Shown piece after piece: positions 54,309-63,178 of a stretch of DNA of 64,000 bases. The stretch comes from an uncultured Solirubrobacteraceae bacterium (lineage in GTDB: Bacteria > Actinomycetota > Thermoleophilia > Solirubrobacterales > Solirubrobacteraceae), in the NCBI GenBank assembly GCA_964588985.1, contig CAZPQW010000007.1, positions 32,001 through 96,000 of the forward strand, given 5' to 3'. The position numbers and the translations under genes were made by a program. Each line of letters opens with the position of its first letter. Position 1 is the first letter of the stretch. The notes under the pieces are model-generated. The model was given only the letters and a program-made list of their open reading frames with translations. It was not told the origin of the DNA and did not search any database.

Positions 54309-56125
54309 CACGGCAACGGGCTCTCGCCGGCGCCGGAGGCGACCAGCGAGGCGGAGCGGTAGTAGTCGTTGCCCTTCTGCAACAGCTCGCGCGTGTCGAA
54401 CGCCGCCAGGCGCCCGTCGATGACGACCATCACCCGGTCGCAGATGTCCAGCGTGGACATGCGGTGCGCGATGATGAACAGCGTCAGTTCGTCCTTGAGG
54501 GCGCTCAGCGACTCCTGGATCAGTCGCTCGGAGTGCGGGTCCAGGGCGCTCGTGGGCTCGTCGAGGATCAGCACCGCCGGGCGGGCGGCGAGCGCGCGGG
54601 CGAGGCACAGCCGCTGCTGCTGCCCGCCTGAAACAGCGTCGGCGCGCGGGCCGACGATCGTGTCATAGCCCTCGGGCCACGCGGTGATGTCGTCGTGGAT
54701 GCGAGCGAGCCTGGCCGCGCGCTCGACGTCCTCGGGGCCGACGTCGCGGAAGTACCTGATGTTGTCCGCCACGGAGGCGTGCAGCAGGCGCGGCTCCTGC
54801 GGCACGTAGGCCACGAGCCGGTGCCAGTCCGCGGAGCTGATCTGCCCGGCGCCTTTGCCGTTCACGAGGTAGCGTCCGCCCGTCGGCACGCGCAGCTGCA
54901 GCAAGATCTGGATGAGCGTGGACTTGCCCGCGCCCGAGGGGCCGATCACGCCGATCGTCTCGCCGCCGCGCACCTCGAAGCTCATCTCCTTGAGGACCGG
55001 CCGACCCTCCCGGTAGGCGAAGGACACATCGTCGAAGGCCACCGTCTGGACTCCTTCGACCGGCTCCGAGCCCCAGCTGGGCGCGCTTTCTTCATAGCGC
55101 CGGGTGGCTTCCTGCAGGCGCTCCACGAAGGGCAGCGACTGGCGCAGAGATTGAAACGCTCCCTGGATCTGCTGCCCGTATGTTCCCGCCCGCACCAGCA
55201 GCAGCACGACCGCCCCCAGCGACGCCGCGTGTCCGCTACCGGCGAGCGATATGACCGCGAGCCCGGCGATCAGCAGCACATACATGAGGCTCTGATAGAG
55301 ATTCGGAGTCAGGCGGCCGACCAGCTGCGAGCTGAAGAACAGCGCCTTCGATTTCGCCACGAACTCGTCGATGCGCTCACGCTGGGCCTCCTCCACGCCA
55401 AAGACGTGCGTCTCCTCGGCCACGCGGATCGCCTCGCCGATCCCGCCCGCGTATTCCATCTGCGACGCCGACAGCGCGCGGGCGCGCTTCACCCCCATCC
55501 GGTTCAGCGGGCGCAGCGCGGCGAACAACGCAACCGCGGTCACGAGCACGACCCCCGCCGCGAGCGGGTTCTGGTAGAGCGCGGTTCCCATCAGGACCGT
55601 GAAGGTGAACAGCGCCGTGAGCAGCGTCGTGGCCTGGAGCACGCCTCCGGTCGCCTGGATGACCTGGCTCGTCATCGTCTCCTGCAGGTGTCCCTCGCGG
55701 TCGCGCGACTGCACCTCCCAGGAGGCGCGTGTGAACGCATGGAAGAGTTTCGTGCGCAGGCCGGACTGCACTTCGGCCGCGATGCGCGCCGGCAGGACGG
55801 AGGCCGGGATCTGCAGAGCGAGCCGCGCCAGCGCGAACGCACCCGCCACGATGAACAGCGTGCCGAGCGAGTGGTGGCCGCTCAGCGGCCCGAGCCTGAC
55901 GTCGGTCGTCTTGGCCCCTTTGGCGATCGTCGTGCCGACCTCCGCCAGGAGGATCAGGATGCTCGCTTCGGCGAGCCCGGAGAGGATCGAGCTGACCCCC
56001 AGTCCCACGACCCAGCCGCGGCGGTGGCCGATCAGCGCCTGCAGACGCTCGCGCGTGGACATCTGTCCGGCCAGCGGCCCCCCCGGCGACGCCCCGCCGG
56101 CCGACGGGTCGGCTGGAGCGCTCAC
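54308..56125 (-). CDS. ABC transporter, fused permease/ATPase (MsbA/PglK-like, putative lipid-linked glycan flippase)
   Basis: N-terminal TMD, GPSGAGKST, VSGGQQQR, LILDE and AHR. Start 56125 (GTGA coupling) or 56062. Confidence 0.9.
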   Translation of the reverse strand: MSAPADPSAGGASPGGPLAGQMSTRERLQALIGHRRGWVVGLGVSSILSGLAEASILILLAEVGTTIAKGAKTTDVRLGPLSGHHSLGTLFIVAGAFALARLALQIPASVLPARIAAEVQSGLRTKLFHAFTRASWEVQSRDREGHLQETMTSQVIQATGGVLQATTLLTALFTFTVLMGTALYQNPLAAGVVLVTAVALFAALRPLNRMGVKRARALSASQMEYAGGIGEAIRVAEETHVFGVEEAQRERIDEFVAKSKALFFSSQLVGRLTPNLYQSLMYVLLIAGLAVISLAGSGHAASLGAVVLLLVRAGTYGQQIQGAFQSLRQSLPFVERLQEATRRYEESAPSWGSEPVEGVQTVAFDDVSFAYREGRPVLKEMSFEVRGGETIGVIGPSGAGKSTLIQILLQLRVPTGGRYLVNGKGAGQISSADWHRLVAYVPQEPRLLHASVADNIRYFRDVGPEDVERAARLARIHDDITAWPEGYDTIVGPRADAVSGGQQQRLCLARALAARPAVLILDEPTSALDPHSERLIQESLSALKDELTLFIIAHRMSTLDICDRVMVVIDGRLAAFDTRELLQKGNDYYRSASLVASGAGESPLP

Positions 56126-57693
56126 GCGCTCACCACTCCTCCGTGCTCGTCCGCGCGGCGGCCGGGCCCAAGGAACCAGTAGGCGGCGGTGCCCATCGCG
56201 AACCAGAAGTACGAGCCGAACGCCGCGCCCGCCGAGACCGGACCGTCGAAGCCCATGAGGATGAACGCGATGAACGGACCGAACATGCCGGCAAGCAGGA
56301 TGCGCACGTCGATGTTCTTGACCCGCGGAAGGCCCGCCACGGCCAGTCCGATGACCATCAGCGCAAGCCCGCTCCACAGCACCAGCCCGGGCAGGCCCAG
56401 TTCGTCTACGAGGAAGTTGAACTGCGTCTCCGCGCTGAAGCCGTGGCCTTCGAGCGCGATCTTGCTGCGGCCTCCGAAGGCCGAAGCGGCGCCGGCGGTC
56501 CCCAGGCCGAGGCCGAACGGCGCGGCGGCGATCACGTGCGGCACCTGGCTGAGACTGACTTCCTTGTAGTTCGTCGAGGTGCCCACCACCTTCGTCGGCG
56601 CGATGCTTTCATAGCGCGAGAAGACGCCGTTGCCCAAGCTCGAGACGAGCACCGCGCCCAGCGGGAGCGCGAGGAGCCCGACCATCGCCAGCGCACCCAG
56701 CGGCGCGCTCACGCGCCGACCGGCGCTGAGCGAGAGCATCACAAACGCCACCACCGCGATCACCGCCCCGACGGCCGACAATCGCGCCACCGCCGTCGCC
56801 ACGGCGAGGATAGCGCCGAGACAGAACGCCAGAGCGATCCAGCGCCGCCGACGCTTCGCGGTGGCGAGCAGCGCGAGCGCCCCGGTCAGCGCGAGCACGC
56901 CCATGCCTCCGCCGAAGCCGGCCTCCGAGCCGAGGCCGGTAGGACGCACGTGGGCCACGCCTTCGCTCACGTACTGGCGGCCGGTGATGCCCCCGGACCC
57001 CGGGGCGGAGCCGTGGACCACTTCCGCGTAGCCGGGGCCCCAGCTCGCCAGCTGGCTGGGGCTCAAGCGCGTCTGGTAGGTGCTGACGATCCCGTTGGCC
57101 AGCGCGATCACCCCGAGGATCACGAACAGCTTGCGAAGGCGCGCTCTGGAGCGCATCAGCGCGTAACCGAAGAAGAAGAACGGCACCCACTCGAGCTGCT
57201 GCCTGAAGCCGCCGATGACCTTGACGATGCCCTGGGTGTTGGGGTTGAACGCCTCCACGACCACGAGCGCCACGAACGCGAAGACCCATCCGGAGAGCGG
57301 CGGGAGCCGCACGCGCCGCCCACTCTCGCGCAGGCGCACGAGCGCCCCGATCGCCACGGCGCCGATCAGGACGTCGCGGACGGCGGACACGGCCTGGTTG
57401 TAGACGAGCAGCTTCAGCGGCCCCTCGATCAAGCCGACATACAGGGCCAGCACGGCCACAGTCACCTCCAGCCGCGCGTAGCTCGCGAGCGCGATCACGG
57501 CCGTCAGCCCGAGCATCCCACCGAGGACCAGCGGGTAGTTCGGCTTCGGCATCGCCACGGTCACGGCCAGCGCGACCGCCAACGCCAGGAGGCCGGCGAG
57601 AACGCTGAGCATCAGCTCCCTGCGTCGGACGCTAAGCCTCGCCGGGTGGGTCCCCCCGAGCGGGCTCGACAGGTGGGGGTATGGCGTGCTCAT
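56122..57693 (-). CDS. Wzy polymerase / O-antigen ligase-like membrane protein
   Basis: About 12 TM helices, RPTG loop, PFGLGLG and ELGLPG pattern. Directly follows the wzc-like gene. Confidence 0.72.
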   Translation of the reverse strand: MSTPYPHLSSPLGGTHPARLSVRRRELMLSVLAGLLALAVALAVTVAMPKPNYPLVLGGMLGLTAVIALASYARLEVTVAVLALYVGLIEGPLKLLVYNQAVSAVRDVLIGAVAIGALVRLRESGRRVRLPPLSGWVFAFVALVVVEAFNPNTQGIVKVIGGFRQQLEWVPFFFFGYALMRSRARLRKLFVILGVIALANGIVSTYQTRLSPSQLASWGPGYAEVVHGSAPGSGGITGRQYVSEGVAHVRPTGLGSEAGFGGGMGVLALTGALALLATAKRRRRWIALAFCLGAILAVATAVARLSAVGAVIAVVAFVMLSLSAGRRVSAPLGALAMVGLLALPLGAVLVSSLGNGVFSRYESIAPTKVVGTSTNYKEVSLSQVPHVIAAAPFGLGLGTAGAASAFGGRSKIALEGHGFSAETQFNFLVDELGLPGLVLWSGLALMVIGLAVAGLPRVKNIDVRILLAGMFGPFIAFILMGFDGPVSAGAAFGSYFWFAMGTAAYWFLGPGRRADEHGGVVSA

Positions 57694-59333
57694 CGCCGCA
57701 GCGAGCCAAACCGACCCTTCCCGCCACCCTGCGGCGAGAAGCCGAGCCGGCTGAGTTCCTTCGGAGCTACGTCGTTTGCCACCACGCCCAGCACCGGCGC
57801 GCTCGGGGAGCGCTCCAGCAGCTCCACGAGCCGCTGCGCGGAGGCCTGGCGCGTGTGCCCGACCCGCGCGACGAGCACGATCCCGTCGACGAGGTGAAGC
57901 AGCGGCATCGCGTCGCTCACCTCCAACGGCGAGGGCACGTCGAGCAGGACCGAGTCGAAGTCCTCCGCCAGCGAGCGCAGGAGCTCCTCGCTCGCGGGCG
58001 ACGCCAGCAGCGCGGGCGGGTTGGACGCCGGTCCGCCGGCCACCAGCACGGAAGCCGAGCCGGTGCTGCTGCGCGCCTGCACGAGCGTGCTCACGCCTCC
58101 GGCGCCCGCGTCGCTCGAGCCCGCCGGCGCCTCGGTCTCGGCGGATGCGACCCGCTGCATCGCCGCACCGAACGCCACGCTCCCCGCGAGCACGTCGGCG
58201 AGGCCGTTGGAGGCGTTGACGTCGAGCAGCTTTGCCAGCACCGGCCGGCGAAGGTCGGCCTCGACCACAGCGACGCGCTCGCCCGAGTCGCGAGCGACGA
58301 GCGCAAGACCGGAGACCACCGTGGACTTGCCGTCAGCAGCGTCCGGACTGAGCACGAGCAGCACCCCGGGGCGCCTGCCGGCGGAGCGCGCGAGCACGTC
58401 GCCGAGCTGCAGCGAGGTGTGTGCGCGACGCAACGGCTCGAGCAGCGGCCCCGACAGCGTCGGGCGCCCGTCGCGATGGATGATCGGGCGTTTGACCTTC
58501 GGCAGAGCGGCCAGGGTCGAGGTGTGAAACGCCGTCTCGATGTCGGTCAACGAGCGCAGACGGCGATCGAGACGACCGACCGAGTAGGCGGCGATCGAGG
58601 CCAGCAGCACGCCGAGGACGAACCCGAAGATCGCGTTTTTTTTCGGCATCGGCGAGAGCAGTTCCGCCTTCTTCGCGGGACTGGTCTGCGCGGCGCCCGC
58701 GACCGACAGATCCGATTCGAACTGGCTGATCCGGCTCACGAGCGTCGCGGCCTGCAGCGTGGCGGAGCTGGTGGTTGGGGCCGCTCCTTTGCCGCGAGCG
58801 GCGGCTTTCGAGGCGCTCGTCTCGGCTTCCAGCCTGCGGAGCTGCTTGCGCGTCGAGGCGATCGCCGCGCGGACCTCCTTCTGATACGTGTTCCGTGTTC
58901 GTCTGATGTACACCTGCGCGTAGGTGTTGGCGAGCTTGGCCGCCGCCTTGGCGTTGTGCGCTTCGGCGGTGATGGTCACGAAGTCGGTGCCCGCCGCAGC
59001 CTTCGCGTGGGCTTTACCCTTGAGCGCGGCGCGCGCGTTTTCCTTGCGCAGCAGAGCGTGAACAGCTTCGCTCACCACACTCGAGTTGACGATCGCGGCC
59101 TGGTCGTCGATCGCGCGTTCGTTCAGTTTTCTTTCGCCGGGCGCATTGGACAGCAGCGACTGTTCTTCGGAACCATTCGCAAGGTAGATCTGAGTACTGG
59201 ACTGGTACAGGCTCGGCTTTCGCTTGTAGTACGCGTAGGCCAATCCGGCGACGAGGATTCCCACCAGCAGGATCAGCCACTTGCGCCGCCATATGGGAGC
59301 GAAAATGGCGCTAGCGTCGGTCGTCTCGTTCAT
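57690..59333 (-). CDS. Wzz/Wzc-like polysaccharide co-polymerase with P-loop domain
   Basis: IWRRKWLI TM1, SP.PK TM2, DGKST, EADLRRP and LLDVP. Confidence 0.88.
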   Translation of the reverse strand: MNETTDASAIFAPIWRRKWLILLVGILVAGLAYAYYKRKPSLYQSSTQIYLANGSEEQSLLSNAPGERKLNERAIDDQAAIVNSSVVSEAVHALLRKENARAALKGKAHAKAAAGTDFVTITAEAHNAKAAAKLANTYAQVYIRRTRNTYQKEVRAAIASTRKQLRRLEAETSASKAAARGKGAAPTTSSATLQAATLVSRISQFESDLSVAGAAQTSPAKKAELLSPMPKKNAIFGFVLGVLLASIAAYSVGRLDRRLRSLTDIETAFHTSTLAALPKVKRPIIHRDGRPTLSGPLLEPLRRAHTSLQLGDVLARSAGRRPGVLLVLSPDAADGKSTVVSGLALVARDSGERVAVVEADLRRPVLAKLLDVNASNGLADVLAGSVAFGAAMQRVASAETEAPAGSSDAGAGGVSTLVQARSSTGSASVLVAGGPASNPPALLASPASEELLRSLAEDFDSVLLDVPSPLEVSDAMPLLHLVDGIVLVARVGHTRQASAQRLVELLERSPSAPVLGVVANDVAPKELSRLGFSPQGGGKGRFGSLRR

Positions 59334-59646
59334 CGCCTGTAGGATCCATCCACTTGGGCCGGTCGCCCGGCAATTGTAAGGACTGGTGTAATTTGCGCCT
59401 AAAGACTAGCGGCCCAGGGCCCATTTCAGGCACGGATGCTTGCAGCTATGATCGTCTCCAAATGTCAGGCCTAGACTGCGTTTGCGACGTTCCGCGAACG
59501 ACCTATCGGCCTGGCTCCAACGCCCTTCGAGAGGGTCTTCCCGCCTGCCCCGCGGCACCTGCAGCGCCGAGAAGAAGCAGTCTAGCGCTATCCAAACGCC
59601 GTCGATCCGGCGGGCTCGACCCTTCCGAGGAGGCGACACGTAGACC

Positions 59647-60765
59647 ATGAGCAACCGTGTCAAGCGTCGACTGCTGGTTGTCAGTCACCCGGCCGTCGTG
59701 AGCGTCAACCAGGAGGTCTACCGCGAGCTGGCGCACAGGGGATGGGATGTGAAGATCGTGCTACCGAGTCGCTGGGGTCACTCCTATTCCACAGGAGCGG
59801 TGCTCCCCAAGCCACTGCCCGGAATGGAGGCCGCGCTGCTGCCGACCCGCGTCGCGTTTCGCGGGCGTCCGCAACGCCACTTCTACCTCACCAGCTGCCG
59901 CGCCCTGTGCACGCGACTGCGTCCCGACGTCGCGTTCGTGGAGGCCGAGCCGTACTCGCTGTCGGCGGCGCAATGGGGTCGAACGTTCACAAAGCTACGC
60001 ATACCGTTCGGGGTTCAGTGCTACGAGAACATCGATCGCGGCCTTCCCGCTCCGGTGCGTCGCCTGCGCTCGCGGGTCCTGCGCGACGCGGCCTTCGTGG
60101 CCGCCCGATCGGATACGGCGGGGCGCCTCGCGCGCGCATGGGGCGCACGCGGTGAGATCGAGCTCGCCCCGCCCGCGGTCCCGAACTGGGAGACCGCGCC
60201 CGAGACCTCGGAGCACCCTTTCACGGTCGGATTCGCGGGTCGACTGATCGAGAGCAAGGGCCTCGTCGACCTGCTCGAGGCCGTGCGCGGACTGGACGCT
60301 CCGGTGGAGCTGCTGCTGCTCGGCGACGGCGAGCTGCGCGAGCGCCTCGACGGACAGCCGATTCCCGGATCGCGGGTGCGCGTGGTCAACGGCCTGACCC
60401 ACGAGCAGATGGCGGGCGCATACGCCAAGCTGGACGTGCTCGTGCTGCCCTCGCACACGACCGCCACGTGGAAGGAGCAGTTCGGGCGGGTGATCGTGGA
60501 GGCGCTGTGGTGCGGCGTGCCGGTGGTGGGCTCGAACTCGGGCGAGATCCCCTGGCTGATCGGGCTGACCGAAGGGGGACTGGTCTTCCCCGAGGGCGAC
60601 CGCGAGGCGCTGCGCACGCATCTGCTCACCCTGCGCGAATCGCCCGCCCTGCGCGAGCAGCTCGCGAGCGCCGGCCGCGCGACGGTCGAGAGGCTGTTCT
60701 CGGTGGCTTCCGCCACCGACCCGCTGGAGCGCATGCTCGTGCACGCCGCGGAGTCGCGTGGCTAG
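59647..60765 (+). CDS. GT4 glycosyltransferase
   Basis: FAGRLIESKG and WKEQFGRVIVEA. GAGGAGG RBS. Confidence 0.92.
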   Translation: MSNRVKRRLLVVSHPAVVSVNQEVYRELAHRGWDVKIVLPSRWGHSYSTGAVLPKPLPGMEAALLPTRVAFRGRPQRHFYLTSCRALCTRLRPDVAFVEAEPYSLSAAQWGRTFTKLRIPFGVQCYENIDRGLPAPVRRLRSRVLRDAAFVAARSDTAGRLARAWGARGEIELAPPAVPNWETAPETSEHPFTVGFAGRLIESKGLVDLLEAVRGLDAPVELLLLGDGELRERLDGQPIPGSRVRVVNGLTHEQMAGAYAKLDVLVLPSHTTATWKEQFGRVIVEALWCGVPVVGSNSGEIPWLIGLTEGGLVFPEGDREALRTHLLTLRESPALREQLASAGRATVERLFSVASATDPLERMLVHAAESRG

Positions 60766-63035
60766 ACGACGGCCTGCCGGGCGAGGCGCTCGTACAACGC
60801 CTCGTGCTTGGCCACCGCGTCGTCCCAGGTAAACGCGAGCGCCGAGCTGCGAGCGGCCGCGCCGAGCCGCCTCCTCAACTCAGGGTCGGCGGCGAGCTCG
60901 TTCAGGCGAGCGGCGACGCCGGCGGGCTCGACCTCGATCAGGAAGCCATTCTCGCCGTCGCGAATCAGCTCACGCACCCCGTTGACGGGCGTCGCGAGCA
61001 CCGGCAGCCCGCTGGCCGCGGCCTCGAAGGTGACCAGCGAGAACGTCTCGTAGCTCGACGGCAGCACGAACGCGTCGGCCAGCTTGTAGACAGCGTGGAC
61101 GTCGCTCACCACGCCCAGCCAGTGGATCGCGCCGCCCACCCCGAGCGAGTCCGCCAGCTCCTGATAGGAGTCCCTGTCCCCCGCCCCCGCCACCGCGAGA
61201 TCCCACTCGGGCGCGAGCGCGAGCGCTTCGATCGCGCAGCGAAGTCCCTTGCGTCCCCACTCGCCGCCCACGAACGCGGCCACGAGGCGCTCCGCGGGGA
61301 TGCCCAGCTTCGCACGCGCGGCGGCCCGCGACTCGCCGTCGCCGACCGCGGGCGAGAACGAGTCCGTATCCACGCCGTTGTGAATCGTCACCACGTTGCC
61401 GGCTATCTGTGGATAGTGCGCGCGCATCTCCTCGGCCAACCCCTCCGAGACGCACACGTAGGTGGCGCTGGGGTTCACACGAACGCACAGCCGCTCGGCT
61501 GCCCGCTTGACGAGCCCGCCGAGAGCCAGGTTGCATCTCTGCAGGAGCGACAGACGCGTGGGCGCCGTCCGCCGGTGCGCCGCGTGACAGAAGTGAATCG
61601 CGACCGTGTCCACTGGATTCAGGACGATCGCGCCGGTGGCCTGCACGACTCCGTCCCGCCACCTCCACACGGCCAGCGAGCCGGCCAGCATGAACCACGC
61701 GTAGAACAGGAGAAACGGGCGCCGAGGGCCGGGGACGCGATGGAATCTCACACCCGAGCCGGCGGGCAGCACGCACGTGCGGGCGATCACCGTGACCGCG
61801 TGTCCGCGGCGTCGCAGGCCCATCACGAGCTCGACCAGCTGGCGCTCCATGCCGCCGACGGCGCCGATGTCGTGGGCGACGATCGTCACCGGGCAGGGCG
61901 CCGCCGTGTTCGGCGAGGCGGTCGCACCGTCGTTCACCAGCTGCGCGAGCGCTTCCATTTCAGAGAAGAAGCGCGTACGCATAGCAATATCGGTGAATTG
62001 CCGTGTGAATCGTTCGTGACCGGCTCGGGCCATATCGCGACGCCGCCGCGGCGAAGTCAGCAGTGTCTCGAGCGCGTCCGCCAGCGCCTCGGGCTCGCCC
62101 GAGCGTGCGAGCACGCCGGTGCGCTGGTCCTCGACGATCTCCGCCGGTCCGCCACGGTTCACGGCCAGCACAGCCACCTCGCGTGCCATGCCCTCCAGCA
62201 GGACGATGCCGAACGGCTCCGGATCGGATGCGTTGACGAGGATGTCCATGCGGTCGATGTACGGCCCCGCGTCCGGCACCTGGCCCGTCATCGTCACCGA
62301 GCCCTCGAGGCCCAGGGCGCTGACGAGCCCGGGCAGCGCGCGGGCGTAGTCGGGTGAGAGGCCGTGCGCGTCGCCTCCCACGATCAGCGTGTGCGTCGGA
62401 TGACCCCGCTCGCGCAGGAGAGCCTGTGCGCGGAGGAGGCGATCCTGCCCCTTCCAGGGCTGCAGGCGTCCGACTATGCCGATCACAGGCACCCCATCCG
62501 GGATCTCGAGCGGCGGGGTCTCCGCGCTCGGCTCAGGGACACGCGCTCCGGGGGCCACGACGAAGGTCTGCCGTGACGGCCACATCCGCGCCTGCGCCTC
62601 GGCGGAGGCTCGCGAGGAAGCACCGACGGCGACCGCCGGCAGCACTGTGGCGCAGCGGTCGAGCCAGTGCCGCCTGGGTATGTCATGCTGCCACCACACC
62701 AGACGATCGCCCATGCCAGCGAGAACCGCGGCGGGCGCAGAGTACAGGTGGGCCTTGCCCATCCAGTTGAGGATCAGGTCCGGCTGACGTGCGCGCATGA
62801 TGCGCGCCAGGCGTGCGACGGTCTGCACAGCGCGGTGGAGTTGGCGTAGCTGACCCGCCGGCAGGACCTCAACATCGAAGCCCGCGTCGCTCAGATCCGC
62901 CGGCCACCGACCGGGCTCCAAAAACACCAGCTCAAACTCATGTCCTGCCCCCTGCGCTCCATCGAGCACCATCTGCAGCATCTCCTCGGCGCCGCCGAGG
63001 CGCTCTCCCCACGGCACCGTTATGAGCAGACGCAT
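60762..63035 (-). CDS. Tandem double GT4 glycosyltransferase
   Basis: Two complete GT4 units: GGAE...EPFGIVLLE and GGME...ETFSLVTFE. Confidence 0.92.
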   Translation of the reverse strand: MRLLITVPWGERLGGAEEMLQMVLDGAQGAGHEFELVFLEPGRWPADLSDAGFDVEVLPAGQLRQLHRAVQTVARLARIMRARQPDLILNWMGKAHLYSAPAAVLAGMGDRLVWWQHDIPRRHWLDRCATVLPAVAVGASSRASAEAQARMWPSRQTFVVAPGARVPEPSAETPPLEIPDGVPVIGIVGRLQPWKGQDRLLRAQALLRERGHPTHTLIVGGDAHGLSPDYARALPGLVSALGLEGSVTMTGQVPDAGPYIDRMDILVNASDPEPFGIVLLEGMAREVAVLAVNRGGPAEIVEDQRTGVLARSGEPEALADALETLLTSPRRRRDMARAGHERFTRQFTDIAMRTRFFSEMEALAQLVNDGATASPNTAAPCPVTIVAHDIGAVGGMERQLVELVMGLRRRGHAVTVIARTCVLPAGSGVRFHRVPGPRRPFLLFYAWFMLAGSLAVWRWRDGVVQATGAIVLNPVDTVAIHFCHAAHRRTAPTRLSLLQRCNLALGGLVKRAAERLCVRVNPSATYVCVSEGLAEEMRAHYPQIAGNVVTIHNGVDTDSFSPAVGDGESRAAARAKLGIPAERLVAAFVGGEWGRKGLRCAIEALALAPEWDLAVAGAGDRDSYQELADSLGVGGAIHWLGVVSDVHAVYKLADAFVLPSSYETFSLVTFEAAASGLPVLATPVNGVRELIRDGENGFLIEVEPAGVAARLNELAADPELRRRLGAAARSSALAFTWDDAVAKHEALYERLARQAVV

Positions 63036-63178
63036 CGAATATCCCCAGCAATTATCGGGGTTCCGGCGTCAGCAGGGCGCCCGTCATCGATCGCGGCGCG
63101 CGGGTGTCCATGATCACCGCACGAGGTTATCCGAGAAATAACCACAAAACCGCTCGCGCGCGCTATTGTCAAGTCGTC

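Noticed and set aside
59334-59646. Possible small ORFs or an ncRNA in the divergent gap between the wzc-like gene and the GT4
   Set aside because: There are no recognisable motifs or convincing structure. It is most simply a divergent promoter region.
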